Source: Camelus ferus
Lineage: Eukaryota
Direction: 5' to 3'
NCBI RefSeq assembly: GCF_009834535.1
Contig: NC_045696.1
Location: 27,654,001-27,718,000 of the forward strand
DNA length: 64,000 nucleotides
Shown: positions 1-13,789 of the stretch, piece by piece
How the letters are laid out: the number at the start of each line of letters is the position of its first letter
How positions within the stretch are numbered: the first letter of the stretch is position 1
The notes under the pieces: generated by a model
What the model was told of the DNA's origin: nothing
The model's database searches: none
What the model saw: only the letters and a program-made list of their open reading frames with translations
Made by a program: the position numbers and the translations under genes

Positions 1-1916
1 GTATATATATATAATAGAGACTATTTCAACATTTACTCCTCAGACACTAGTACTTTTCCTATGATATAGTGTACAAGGTCAATTTAAAAAATTAGACACC
101 ATTGCAGATGCAATGGACAATTTTGTAACATAGGGAATTTTCTTCTCTTTTAATTATTTTTAAACCTAACTGATTTTCAGCTAAGAGAACGTGTTTTACC
201 TGAAAGTCTGCAAATGTAAAGTTGTGACTCACAACAGTGTCATGCTTATGTGATGTAACCACAGCTCAAATCATCAGCAGGAATCTCTGAGAGTCCAAGA
301 TTTTCAATCATAAGAGTGGAATCAAGCTGATTAAACATCATAAATTGCAGCCATAAAACACATGGACAAGGCAAACATGTTATTTAGCTCTAGTAGAAGT
401 AATCACTAGATATTCCAAATATTCTGCTTGCCAATTTCTATGAATCACTTTTATTTGTACCTCTTTTAAGAATTGAAAAAACCCAAATTACTGAAAGTAT
501 GGCAGTTAAAAATTTGTGGCAATGGTTGGTTAACAAAAATAAAATTTAAACAAGGAGTTGGCAGATCTTTAGCAAATATTTTTTGCTTCACTTTGATAAA
601 ACTTGACTATCCTCGAGACTTATTCTGAAGAAATGTCACTAATGCAGACCTGTATGTCCAAAGAGACAAGAACATAAAAGTTTCTTGTGCTATTTTGCTC
701 TTATAAATTATTAAAGTCTTTTCATTATTTATGATGGGTATTATTTTCAGGTTTTTTTTTTGAGGAGCTTTTTATGATTCCTCTAATTAAGAATGGTTAA
801 CTATATCTGTGTATAAAATTAGCAGCTATAAATCCCTAGTGACCTGGTATAAATCTTAATTTGTTTGATGATAAAATGAGGAAATGTGAAAGTAAGTTAT
901 CAAAGAAGTTGTCCTAACATGATTCCAAAACCAGAAGATAGAAAGTTAAAGACTCAGTCAAACAAATTATTTGGTATGTAGTGAAAACAATGCACATGTT
1001 TGAGTTAATTCAACTGAAAACAAACAAATCTAATTAAATCCAATTATATTCATGTATAGTTTGCATACACTAGTAGCAGCTTATTAGACTTAACAATGTT
1101 AAGCTTTCATGTTTAAATATACATCAAACAAAATTTGACATCAAAAAAGAAAAAGAAAGGAAGCCATAGCTAAAAAATGAATATGGACAAATTTCCACAA
1201 ACAGGAATGAACTACTAGCACATTTATAAATAGAACAAAGACCCTGGTCTTAGTTCACTTTTTGCGCTATTGTCTAAGGCGTGGTGACTCCTAGGAGATG
1301 GAGCTCCCATATACTTTGGAAATTCAGCACATCATCTCCAGCTGAAAGGCAGTAATTACTGTCACAAACAAAGACTGACCTTAGTTTAAACAAATGAAAG
1401 CTTTTTGTTGAGTAAGCAGTTTACAAGTACAAAATCCTATGAGTTTGCTAATATTCTGCAATCATATACAGTTCCCTTGACATACACCAAACAGTAAACA
1501 ACAACAACCAATAGTGAACTCAGAATAGGCATTCATTATTTCTCCTAATAGTATGAAATACCCAGAATTATTAGAAATAAATTCTACTACCTTTATCACA
1601 TCTGAAGCCAAAACTTATCATCCAAGAAAAAAGAATATGCACACACAAACATATACACGCAACATATGCAAATTCTCTAATTAAAAATGACATTTAGTAA
1701 ATGTGAGGATCAGGCTTTTTCTGACTTTGACTGTAATTGAAGCAAATTATTATTCATTTTAAGGCATTCTGCTTCAATTAAAGACAATGAAGGACCTGAA
1801 TAAATTACACTTCATTTTAACAAATACTGCATTCGGTCAGGGATTCACAATGATCGCAAGCCTAGGACCTTAATGTGAGAAGGAGGAAGGCTGTGGCCTG
1901 AACCCTCTAGCAGAGC

Positions 1917-2062
1917 TGTGGTTCTCTACTCTGCTAGCTCATTAGAATCACCTAGAGGAGATTTTAAAACAAAAATGCCAGTGTTTGTGCTCCGCCCCTG
2001 GGGATTCTGATTAATTGGCCTGAAACACATACTGGGTATGGAAACTCAGGTCAAGAACCACT
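1917..2062. mobile_element. MER5-family hAT-Charlie MITE
   Basis: Terminal inverted ends gtggttct...agaaccact and internal attagaatcacct / gattctgattaattgg typical of MER5. Confidence 0.75.
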
Positions 2063-2479
2063 CATTTGAAGAGTGCAACTAGGTGCAGGTTTGTTCTTAC
2101 AGTTTTGTGGAATTCTGGATTCTCTCATGAGGAATTCTGAACTCTTTCACTGTCATATTATTTGAAAGATGTAGTAGGTAGGCAATTAAAAATTATTTCA
2201 GTCCAGTGCTGGTCAAGTTTAAAATGGAATTAGTAAAAACCATTTTACATGAAGTTAGGTTATTTCCAGAAATAATACTAACTAATGACACAATAGCATG
2301 AAAGTTTATTTTTTCAGATTGTTCTTCACTGACAAATAAATCAAATGTTTTTAATGGAAGTTATTAAAGTAAAATAAACATGTAACTGTAGTGTTGTGCA
2401 GGTCATCTCCATCCCCTAAAAAGAGCAAAACCTGGTTTTGTTCCTTTGAGTTATACTCTTTTTTATTATTTGTTCTTAA

Positions 2480-2640
2480 TGTTAACAGTTATTGAATGTT
2501 TATGATGCAAAGGTCATTTGTTCAGCTATAGGCCTTCATGATCATCCTTTATTTCTCACACAATCATATGCATTAGGTACTATTAACATCATCCTGAGCC
2601 TTAGAGAGGTCACTTACCTTAAGGTCACATTACTAGATCA
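2480..2640 (-). mobile_element. MIR SINE fragment
   Basis: ctgagccttagagaggtcacttaccttaaggtcaca resembles the reverse-complement MIR core. Confidence 0.6.
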
Positions 2641-2787
2641 TCTTAATTAACACAGACACAATCCATGCTCTTGGATGAGATGACTCACAGAGACGATCAT
2701 GACCTTGCCCTATCTTATTTGAAGGACTACTACAAAACCATACCAACGAAATCACTGTAGTATCAGTGCAAGACCAGATGCATAGAT

Positions 2788-2841
2788 TAATCCTAACCCT
2801 AGCCCTGACCCTAACCGTGACCCTGACCCTGACCCAAACCC
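2788..2841. repeat. Degenerate interstitial telomere-like hexamer array (9 units, TAACCC/TGACCC variants)
   Basis: taatcc taaccc tagccc tgaccc taaccg tgaccc tgaccc tgaccc aaaccc read directly. Confidence 0.85.
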
Positions 2842-3009
2842 TGTAATGTAACAGAACACAGAGTTTCAAGGCAGGCCCATACAGCTATGGAGACGTGGTC
2901 TAGAAAAAGTTGCTACCAACAGAGAAAAGGCAGATGGCTTTGATAGATAGTATGGAGAAAACTGACATTACATGAAGAAAAAAAAAAAAAAACCCACCAT
3001 GTAAAAGGT

Positions 3010-3500
3010 GGCTTTAACATGCATTAAAAGCCAAAATATGAAAGGCAAACCTTGTTAACAGAAAAAATGTTGGAGTCTATCTTTGTGACTAATTTAAAAG
3101 CAAAACCATAAGACACAGTAAGATGCTATGACATAAGAAAATGAAGGAATTCTGTTTCAGACACCGTGGAGAAAGAAAACAGACACATGACTAAAGGGAA
3201 AAGATATTTAAAATATGTAAAATCAACAAAGAACTCCTGAAAATCAACAGGAGAAAAAGCAATGACTATAAGGGAAAAATGAGCAATGTTTATATCAGGC
3301 AATTTACAGAAGAGGAATCCCCAAAGACTACTGCATAAAAAGCGATGCTCCAACTCATTAATGCACAGAGAAATGAAAATTAAGTCATATGATATGGTTA
3401 TGCACCTGACAGATTGGCACTCCCTTGCACTACTGGTGGGAGTGTCAAATGGTGTAGCTGTTTTAGAGAGCAATCTGGCAAGCTCCAGTTTGCTTTAGGC
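3010..3500 (+). mobile_element. Old L1 (L1M/L1ME) ORF2 3' fragment
   Basis: Motifs such as caggcaatttacagaagagga, gatgctccaactcattaa..agagaaatgaaaattaa and ctggtgggagtg..aaatggt are typical of the L1 ORF2 C-terminal region. Confidence 0.7.
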
Positions 3501-6500
3501 GAAAAACCAGCAAGTATTCTTAGATCCAATTTGGATTTCATGCAGTAATTTTAGCTCATAAGTTCCATGCTGACTGTGAGTAGTATATAGAGAAAGAAAG
3601 CATGCTCTGCAAATGTATGTTACTATTGATATTGTTAAAATATTTATATGTATGCATCACTTTCTCCAACTTAGGAACCAAAATTGCAGAAGAAAGATGA
3701 GAGTGCTGTGAAAAAAGTCTCAGTGTAACATGTATGTGGTGGAAAGAGCACACCCTGAAGTTACATACCATTAGTCTGAAAGATGTCAACCAATCTCAGT
3801 AATGTTGGTTATGTCCATCAGTTGGTATTTATGGAACTCCTGCTGTGTATATGGCTATGGGAAATATTTATTTTTGTAGAATGGACTGTTTCTGCCAGTT
3901 CCTGTGGGTCTCTAGAGGTTTTAATTTGGATTCTAATTCTTGCTTGTTTTGTTTCTGTTAAATCTGAAGTAAGGTTATGTATAATGGAAAGTTCTTAGTT
4001 ATACTGGAAAAATCTTATAAATTTTCTTATGGTAACAGACTTGCCGTTCACATAGCTGGATACCTTGCTTATAATTAAAGCAACTTAATAAGTTGAAAAA
4101 AACACTGTTCTAACAATTATTTCTTTTTAATAAAGCAAATATTATATTTTAAAAATAAAAAAGAACTTACCATATGAAGGAAAAGATATTGTCTTTGTTT
4201 GGCTAGTTAAGAGATTTCTAAAAGCATATAAATCAGAGATTTACCATTCTTACCATTTATGACCTCCCTCTGGGAACCATAAAGCTGTATATTTTTTATT
4301 AGAATCTACTAGTGCAGTTCATTTTTATTACTGTGATGTCGCATTCTTGGGGTTTCATTAAATTAGCAACATTTTTAATGAATCTTAATTGCTTCAAATA
4401 TGTTTCCTTTCAGTACGCTAACATGAAAAAATAACACAAATAATTCTATTTTGATAATCTGGAACAAATTCTAAACTATAGAAAGAACTGGAGTTTTACT
4501 AGAATTTTACTCATGTATTGTAAGAATTTAAATCAACAAATGACAGTGTTCGGTGCATTCATTATCTTAAGAATGAACTATTTTTGTGAAGACCTAAACT
4601 CTTGAGCAAGTGCTAAGTTCTAAATCCGCAGTCAATTTTAATTAGACTGCTTCTGAGTAAGTTCTCGTGAATGACATAATGCATTATTAAAATTTTCATG
4701 ACATCGAAGGTAAAAACATTAGGTTACAAATAGCATGCATGGATTTTTTTTAAAGTATAATATAAGCTAAAATATAATATGTATACACAAAAACATGAGA
4801 ATGATAAATAATAAGTACTTATTATCTTCATATTCATTATATGAGTACCCAAAGTACTGAAGTTGCACAGGGAAAGTGAATTTTGTTAGAACAGAAAATA
4901 TTCATTAACAAAGTCATCAAATATAAATGTATTCCCCTCAGATATCCTCCCCTCTTTGCATCTAGCACCTATCCCCACTCTTTGTCAGTCTTTGTAGATC
5001 AGGCTCAGCTAATCCAATAATCCAAAGCAAACACAACACATATAATTTGTAAGGTAAAATAGCAAATATGACCATAGATACAGGATCTCACACACAAAAA
5101 AAGAGATTTCCATAAAAGCATTGTTGGAGAATCACTTAGATTACAGAAAAAACATTGACAGATGAGATTTTTCAGAGTGAGATCAGTTGAAGGTTGAGGA
5201 TGAGAAAATCTGTTAAGTATGGTAAGATAGGTACTACACAATGAATAGGATAATTCTGGTAAAATCAAATGTGTAGTGATGGATTTCAGATCTTTCCATC
5301 ACATAATATTTACCAGAGAAATTGTATTAGATTTGATGCTTGATTCATTATTATAATGAAGATAGAGTCACAAACATAGAACATATTTTATTGAACATGC
5401 CATAAATAACTTTTTTGTGGTTTATTTTTAAAAAATTCCTAATGACCTTTTCAGTTTTAATGAAATTTGCACTTGCCTTTTGTGTGTGTTCCTGTGTGTG
5501 TGTGAATTCTCTTTAAGTGAACTTTGCTCATGATTGCAGATGGATAATGAGAACTGCTTGCATATTAAAATGTTGGGTGTGGATGATGTTATTTTTACTT
5601 TGTGCTTTTCTTTATTTTCTAAATTACCTGTATTGTGAGCGTATTACTTATGTAATAATCATTACAACCTTCAATATAAGTAATTTTTTGGAAATTGGTT
5701 GATACTCTTGGCTGCTTACTTAAATGAAGCTTATTAATTGACATGTGTGTAGCACTCTGAGTTTTAAACATTATGTCTTTTAAAATTATTATTTGGCTGA
5801 AATGAAGTGTTAAAGCAATTTTAAGCTCAAAGTATAAAAATCTCCCTTGAACTTGACAAAAACCAAACTGTTTTAGTTACAGTAGAATACAGGTGTCTAT
5901 GTAAAGGCAGTGTAATCTATTTCTGATAAAACAATCAAATAATTTCTTACTCTATGTCAGAATGCTATCAATACCAAAAATATGTCATATGCAATTTATT
6001 TCATGTTCTAAGTAATCCCTATGACTTTGATTTCAGTTGAACTGCTTGATTCTGATAGTTGCTTGCAAAGCAAATTTAAGTGAATCTAGTATGAACGATA
6101 AAAACTGAGTTTTATCAACTACTCTTTATTTCTTTGATGCATAGAAAGTATAGAAAGTACTCCAAGTATAAATGTGTAATTTATGTAAGGCAGCAGAAGT
6201 AATGGGATAGTTGTATCTACTTGTGTAAAAAATGCACTTCTGTCATTGAAAGTGGCCTTGTTTTAACTTTTCCTCAGCATTTCACTTGTTCACCTAAGTA
6301 GTCACTTATAAACATCAATAACAGAATCCTAGTGTCCAATTACTTTTACAAGTTCATGCAGTCATTCTAATACTTCATTTTGATTTAAGTTCTAGAGAAA
6401 TCTATTATATCTTAATAAAATGGTAATAACAGAATTTGTGTCTAGGAGCTTCTCTTTAATTTTTACTTTAAAGATAATCTTTAATTATTGAGTACAATTC

Positions 6501-8029
6501 TGAACTTCTCCTTATACAACTTTTCTCCTCGTAGAACTACTACTGTTAATGGAAACTTAAGGTCAAAACAGATAAGAGAAAGATAGGTTAAAACGAACTA
6601 CATGGACTACACGTACATGAAAGGCTGTGGTGAATAGGGGTGTCCTGTCTCTGGTTAGTTCAGAGCAATGTCTTGGTTAAATTATAGAGTGAATAGTTTG
6701 ACGGATTCTCTTTAGAACATTTTCACTAATGAGGATTTCTCTGCCAAACTCCTATTCTAGAAATGGTAATTTAATTCTCTGTAGTTCTTTGTGAAAGGAT
6801 TTTCCTTGTCTCTACTGGTTCTTTTTACATCGAAAACACCTAAATTGCATTTGAAAAAAAGATAACAGAGGTATCTAGCATAATAATTACATGCTGTATG
6901 TATTTAAAACCATAAGTGGAATGACATAATATTTTATGTAGCTTTTCATATTCTTGATGTTAAGTTACATCATAGTGTCTCTTTCATTTTTTTTTTAAAC
7001 AGAAAATTCCATTTCAGGCATTTGTTTCTGAATTAGATCTTTGAAAACTGAGGTCATGTTTGACCTGAATGAACATTAAAATCCCAACACATCAAAAACA
7101 AATTTTATAAGATTTAAGTCTTGGGTAAACTTCTTTTCTTCTTCTTTTGGTTTTATTTTAACATAGCTCTACCAATTTAGGGTAATTTTTCGAAGTTCTA
7201 TTATAGATCATTTTCAAAATGCAGATGCTAGCATGAAACATAAGATAAAGTGTGCCATATTACATTATGGAATCTGATAGAACCTCAATAATTCTTAACA
7301 ATTAATGTTAATTTCTCAAAACTCATTTAATCTCAAATTATGATATCTTTCACACATGCATAAAACTACACAAATATAATAGATACTCATTTACACTTTG
7401 CATAAGCACTCATTAAGTTTTTGCTACGTTTGGATTATGTTCTCTTTTTAAATAGAAACTGAAATTTACAGATACTGCTATAGCCATATTCCTATCCCTT
7501 TCTTCTCGTTTTCCCAGAGACAACCAGCACCTTGAAGTTGATGTGAGTCAGTCATTCCATGCATGTTTTTATATTTTTACTAGACATGTATGCTTCTCTT
7601 ATTTCATCTGAAAAATTAAGGTGTTATACTTAATAAATTGCTATCATTATCATTAGTTTTTAAAGTTTTTATTAGAACTGAGGAGCCCTAGAATTAAAAT
7701 CGACTAGGTTTCTGCCAAGACTTCAATCTTTAAAATGGATTTGGGGGGAATAAAAAGCCCTTTATGTAACGGTTATTATGAAGTGTTCCATTTTTTCCAT
7801 GACCTTTGTTTCCCACTTGTATAATTATTTGTACTGAAATTCATTAGCCTGCTCCTGAAGAGAAGCACTAAAGGCTATAAAAGTAACCATGGGTTAATTG
7901 GATAACTGTGGTAATTTGAAAGCTTATACATGCTGACTTTGCAGGTATTAATATTACATGAAGCTTACTACAGATAACCCCTACTTTGGTATGAAAAGCA
8001 AATGAGAAGAGAGGCTAGATCCCCTGAAT

Positions 8030-8180
8030 TTGTCAGTTGTGGCAAATCAAGAAAACTGCTTTAATCTGTCTCTGACTCAGTTTCCTCATCTGCGAAATAG
8101 ATAATAAAACCCACTCTGCCAAGTCGCCATGAGGATTACACAAGATAATGCCAAACAAACAGTGCTAAGTGCACACAAGA
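8030..8180 (+). mobile_element. MIR SINE
   Basis: ctcagtttcctcatctg core and atgaggatta. Confidence 0.75.
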
Positions 8181-8294
8181 TGTAATTTATCACAGTGAAT
8201 GTGAATTGGGTATATTTTACACTTTCAGAAATAAGTTCATTGACAGACTTGGAAACCTTGAATGTCAAGTAATTTCATTTCCATGTTGCCTCTT

Positions 8295-8624
8295 TTTTAT
8301 TATTAATTAATTAATTAATTAATTAATTTTAATTGAGTTATAGTCAGTTTACAATGTTGTGTCAATTTCCAGTGTAGAGCACAATTTTTCAGTTACATAT
8401 GAACATACATATATTCATTGTCGCATTCTTTTTCGCTGTGAGCTACCACAAGACCTTGTATATATTTCCCTGTGCTATACAGTATAATCTTGTCTATCTA
8501 TTCTACATATGCCTGTCATTATCTACAAATTTTGAACTCCCAGTCTGTCCCTTCCCATCCCCCTCCCCCCTGGCAACCACAAGTTTGTATTCTATGTCTA
8601 TGAGTCTGTTTCTGTTTTGTATTT
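8295..8624 (-). mobile_element. Young 5'-truncated L1 3' end (artiodactyl/camelid type) with 12-bp target-site duplication
   Basis: L1 3'UTR motifs in reverse (tttacaatgttgtgtcaatttcc, ttccctgtgctatacag, ctggcaaccacaagtttg). Perfect TSD atgttgcctctt at 8283-8294 and 8625-8636. Tail decayed to (TAAT)n. Confidence 0.9.
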
Positions 8625-8636
8625 ATGTTGCCTCTT

Positions 8637-8855
8637 GATATCTCATTTAGTGATACCTCTTTTCTTGATTGACACATAGCTTCTCTGGTAGACTTCTTGA
8701 GCTGATTTACCTGATAAGTAAATCATTATTGGGTAAATTATTTCAGAGGTCTAGCTTCTCTTCTTCCAATGATTTTGCAAGCACCTAATTTCTTGTATTA
8801 AATCCCTTTCTTATTAAAGTATCTAGAGACATTTCTGGTTCCTTCAACTCCACCA
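8637..8855 (+). mobile_element. ERVL-class LTR 3' portion
   Basis: gcacctaatttcttgtattaaatccctttct..aaagtatctagag..tttctg resembles the end of an old ERVL LTR. It lies directly upstream of ERVL internal sequence. Confidence 0.55.
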
Positions 8856-9002
8856 GCTCCTTCCAAAACTTTTGTTAGTTTTTGAAAATAAAGGCCCACC
8901 ATGCAGAAGCTGGGACCTCCAGGATGACAATGTGGGATGTGTTAACTCACCTGCTTGATTAGAAGTGAGTGAAATCTGAATGCAATCAGAAAAAGAGCCC
9001 CT

Positions 9003-9203
9003 AGTGTAGATTTTAAAAGTTCTCATCACAAGAAAACAAAATGGTAACTACTTATGTGATGGATATTAACTAGACCTATTGTGGTAATTATCATGCAATA
9101 TATACAAATAGTGAATCATATTGTTGTAAACCTGAAACTAATATGTTATCATCAATTAGCTTTCAATTAAAAAATAAATAAAATTAAAATTAGGAAAAAA
9201 AAA
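9003..9203 (+). mobile_element. L1MA9-like 3' end nested in the ERV-L
   Basis: aaaagttctcatcacaagaaaa...gttgtaaacctgaaactaatat...A-rich tail. Degenerate TSD gaaaaagagcccct / gaaaaggagaccct. Confidence 0.75.
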
Positions 9204-9219
9204 GGAAAAGGAGACCCTG

Positions 9220-12200
9220 TTTGTCTGTAGCATAAAGTGGCAAAACAGCATCATGATGTTACCACCTGTGGTCACCCGTAATGAAATGCCAATTGAGGCA
9301 AGGCTGTGGTGGACTGTGAGATTCCTGCAGTGAGCTATTGTGATAGTAATAAAGAACACAAGGACTAGGCGGGTGGGCTGCCTGCTTCTGATTGCACTGA
9401 ATCATTTAGAGAAGTGATATACCCAGTTTTTAAATTCTTGGCTCAAGGCATAATGGGAGGCCCAAAGGATATCTTGTGACTTACAGCCTCAGTGCTATTG
9501 TGGCTGAAATTCTGACGCAGCATTACTGGACTGGGGCCTCCAGTGTGAAAATTTAAGAGCATTGCCTGGGGAAAGTGCAAGAACCTGAAAACTGGAATAG
9601 AATTATGTGGGTGGGTTCGGAAAAACCTGAGTACTCCAACCCTCCCAATTCTCTGGATCCTCCCTTGCCAGCAGGAAGAGCTTTCTTCCTGTGATGAAGC
9701 TGGATCTGCCTTCCTTGGAGTCCCTGAGATAGTCATCATGGTAAAGGATACCCATCCATCCACCTCACACCCTGCCCTACTGCTCCTAATTACCTCCAGA
9801 GCGAAGGGTGAATTTGCAATAGGTCTATAATACCTAATCCAGGGAAAGAAGGCTTACTAGATTTTGCTAATTTATACCAACAGAATCCTTTAGAATATCT
9901 ATGAGATATGATTCTAAACGTGCTAGACCAGGAAAGAAGGCAAGTAATTTTAAGGGGACTGCATTTATTCATATGATTGGATTTAACAGAGATTCTGGAA
10001 TCAAAAGGCTAGTTGGAACTGCTGGAAATGGTTCTAGCTGTGTGTTTGGTTTCGACTGAAACTTAGACTCAAATGACGTGTTTAGTAAATAAAGTTTAGA
10101 TGCCTGAAATTCTTTGGCATAATGGAGAGGGAGGAATTCATGTGACTATCAAGCACTAGACATATGGCCGGTCCAAATCAAGATGTTCTTTGAGTGTAAA
10201 AGAGTGCCAAAAATGTAAACTATCTTGATGATAATTTTAATATGGATTACACATTGAAATAATAATATCTTGTCTATATTAGTTAAACAAAATGAAATTT
10301 TAAAAACAAGTTTAGTTATTCCTTTTTTACAGAGTTTTAAAATACGGCTTTTAGAAGCTTTGGGAGTACACATGTGGCTTGCATCTGTGGCATGCATTTA
10401 TATTTTTATTGGGCAGCGCTGACAGAGAGAGATTCAAATGTTTGAGTGGATTTATCATTTGTGACATACTTACCCATCCTCCAATTCTCTGTCCTGAAAG
10501 GGCCCATTAGACAATCCCTTCGACAAGGCATTTGGTACTACACTCAAGAGAGGAGCGCCTGCATCTCTGAAAAGCACTGCAGACTCTGTTCTCTGTAGGC
10601 TGGGGGTGAAGTTAGGAAGCACTGTCATTGTAATGAGCTCCCTGATTTCAGCGTGGATGACAAGGTCATGGAGTGACCAAGACCCCATGGCAGCAAGCAG
10701 TTAACGGCCAGAGACAAAGTGGACATGTTTTTCACAGTAGTCACCTGACCCCCAAGGATATTTCGCTGTGGTTTACAGATCATGAAACCCTAAAATTAAC
10801 ATAGTTATGAAGTTACCAAAGTATAATTAAGCTTTAAATAAATAAAAAATATTCTATGTGTGGTTAAAAAAGACCTGGCCTGTCCATTACCCAACTGCCA
10901 GAGCACGAGCCCTCACCCAGTGCATGGGTTGGGAGCCCCATAACTGAAGGCGAGGCCAGGTAGTTGTGAAAAGGGGCAAAACAATGCCATCAAATTTATG
11001 TGCTATAACTTTATACCTGGACTTCTCCAAAGGAAGCTCATTTATCAAGATGTCTGATTGGAAGAAAGGGAAATGCAGACTGTTTGATGCTGCTAATACC
11101 TAGAGATCCGGAACACTACTGTGTTTCATCAGTCAAATGATAGAGTTCAGTCCTAATACATCTGCCAGTGTGCCTGAAAATCCATCTCGTGATGATCTTT
11201 TCAGTTACTGAATACAAAGTTGAATCAACAACTGGCAGACTAACAATCATCTCCCTGACCCACTGAATAAGGACTTTTTTCCTTTTATAATAGGGAGTCC
11301 TTAGAATTGCTGCTCCATATAAAATCAAGAAATCAAATGAAATACTCTCTCTGTGAAAATATGAGCCAATTACTGCCAGTTTCAAGGACTTGAAATACAC
11401 AGTGGGTGTCTATCCTTAGCTTTTCCCCATTAAACTGTGTCTTTGGTCTGTGCAGAAGAGCCGCCAACGATCTGTCTTGGAGAATGACAATGATTACTGC
11501 ATTAATTAATTAATTAATTAGGTGGAGATTTAAATATTAAAGACTCTTCCAGATATTGTCTCTTACTAAAGAAAGTTAAAAGAGACCCTGACTGTGAAAT
11601 GCAGCTACTCTTCTGGCAAATGCATCCTTCTCTCTCCAGTAAATAAAGGATACTAGAATAATCCTGCTTTCACTTGGCAGGTATGGTCTACATATTCACT
11701 ATCTTATTCTCTAAGGGCTATGTCAACCTACATCAACTATCTTTATTCCTCTGTGACCTTGATCATATCACTATCCCCAGGTCAACATCCTGGTCCACTA
11801 GATTGTTGAAATCATGCTCGTGAATCTTGGTGAGCAGTAAGCACCAGTTACTCTAGAAGCCTTTGTAAGGCATAAGCATTCTAAAGAATGGGAGACAGAT
11901 CCTATAAAAAATATGACTCTGCCTACTATTCCTGTGAATTTGGGGGTCCAGTCACGGAGGGTATTCTTGCCATACTGATTCACATTTTCAGCAATATGTC
12001 TGCTTGTTGGGTATTTTTAGATAAGGGAGGAAATATATGTCACAGTTGGGTGAGCTATTCCTTCCTACTTACCAACCACTTAAGATGCTATTCCCTTTGA
12101 GTGTGACCCAGAGCAAAAGAAGGCTGTCCTACTGGTCAGCATGCTGGGTGAACAAGCTTTGTTATTTGGGGCCTATGACAGAAGAAATCAACTGTGCAGT

Positions 12201-13650
12201 GATGGGACATGGTATGGTGCTTCTAGCAAGTTTTAACAGTATAATCACAGCATATAGCACCTTGTGCTTTAGGGAAAAGCAATTTCTTCTTTGGGGAAAA
12301 AAAAGGGTTTTGAAATCCAGCTTTTGTCTTGCAACTTGGGTCTAAGTGATTGAACTTCTGATCAAGGAAACCTAAATTCCTCTCCATATCATGCAACAGC
12401 CATGAAATGGGTGATATGCGGTCCTCTAAGTCATGAAATCAAATGTGCACAGTAGCACACTATTATCAAGTGGAACCATCATAGGCAAAGCAAGAATAGG
12501 TTCAAGCAGGTACCGACAGCACAACAATGTTGTATGCACAGGTTGCTCCCATTCATGATCTTTTCTTGTTACACTGCCACCTCTCCTCCAAACCATACAT
12601 ACGGCCACCTGGGGTGTTTCTCATAATCAGGTGATGGGGAAAAGCAGACCTGAGCCTGATAAGCGTTCAGCTCTGCATGGTATGTTGGCACTGGTTGGAG
12701 GTGATTGTCGCTGCATTATAGCCCATACACGAATGTCATGAAGGAAAGAAGGAAAAGTGAATCCTGATTATGGGAAGAACTTTGAATAGGACAACTGGTC
12801 GTCTACTTTACCTGAAAGAAGAGATGACTAGAGGTACGGATCTACTAGAGAAAGAAGAGATGACTAGAGGTGTTGATTCAGGGATAGTAGCTTAAGGGCT
12901 TGATGGATGTTTGGGGTATTAGAAGGGAGGAATTTGAAGGATATGTAACAAGAAAATCTGGGCAACAGGTATGAGATGGACCTTTTGAAATGAATTCAGA
13001 ACTGAGGATATCAGTGTTCTGGGTAAACACTTAAGAAAGAACATGCGTTGCATAGGAGGCTTCTAGTAAATAGGTGGCCATGTTGACTTATGTGTCATTC
13101 AAATTCTTTCTCCATAATCCCACTGCTTGCAGAATTGGCTCATCAACAGTGTGTCTAGGGTAGCAGTGAAAGAGGCTTCTACATAGGCTTAAAGACTTAG
13201 TCTTACCCTCAACAAAACTGGATGGCCACCAATACTGCTGAAGGCCTAATCTGCCCACAGCACAGAGTTATGCTGAACCATCAAGACGATCCAGTAGCAT
13301 ACAGGTTCATCCAGCCAGCTGCTCATGAGGGCAGGATAAGTGATGTATCCTCACTAGAACAGATGTTCTGTGAATGAATTTTCTTTTTTTTAAATTTTCT
13401 TTCACACCATGTTTTTCCAGATCCATCATCCATGTATTTATTCTATGCCTTGTTTTATATCAGACTATTAAGCATAATAAGCTCTGAACAAAGAAATTAT
13501 TTTTCAGCAATGAATTGAAAGGAAAGACTGACTACAGGCTTCAATAACAGTGGAATGACCAATGGAATGTTCAGTATATTCAGTTTGAAACCATCTAGAT
13601 GCCTTATGAAGTTAGGTTTCTTTCCTCAAGGAAAGAGTGTATATTATGAA
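9220..13650 (+). mobile_element. Decayed ERV-L (class III) internal region: gag and pol remnants
   Basis: Gag-like DFANLYQQNPLEYL*DMILNVLDQ (~9860-9930). RT-like SWRMT (~11475), LANASFS..PAFTWQ (~11613-11682) and LVH*IVEIML at 11790-11819 (decayed LVHYIDDIML). Integrase zinc-finger-like AEGLICPQHR (~13237-13267). Many stops and frameshifts. Confidence 0.85.
10141..10421 (-). mobile_element. MER33 (hAT-Charlie) nested in ERV-L gag
   Basis: Ends in ...catgtggcttgcatctgtggcatgcatttatatttttattgggcagcgctg, the reverse of the MER33/MER3 start. Internal acattgaaataataatat motif. Confidence 0.8.
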
Positions 13651-13789
13651 CCAATGGTGAAATTCTGGCTTCTTGCATTATTAGTCTAGCAGTGCTTAGT
13701 ATTTTCCACCAAGTATTTCTAGTTATTTCTCCCTCAAGGGCCATGGCCTAATTTCTTGAAATTAAGCATGCTTATCTGATTTTATTTGG

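Noticed and set aside
2633..2869. ORF with a VRVRVTVRVRARVR dipeptide run
   Set aside because: It starts at TTG, and the VR run is simply the translation of the telomere-like hexamers. There is no gene-like context.
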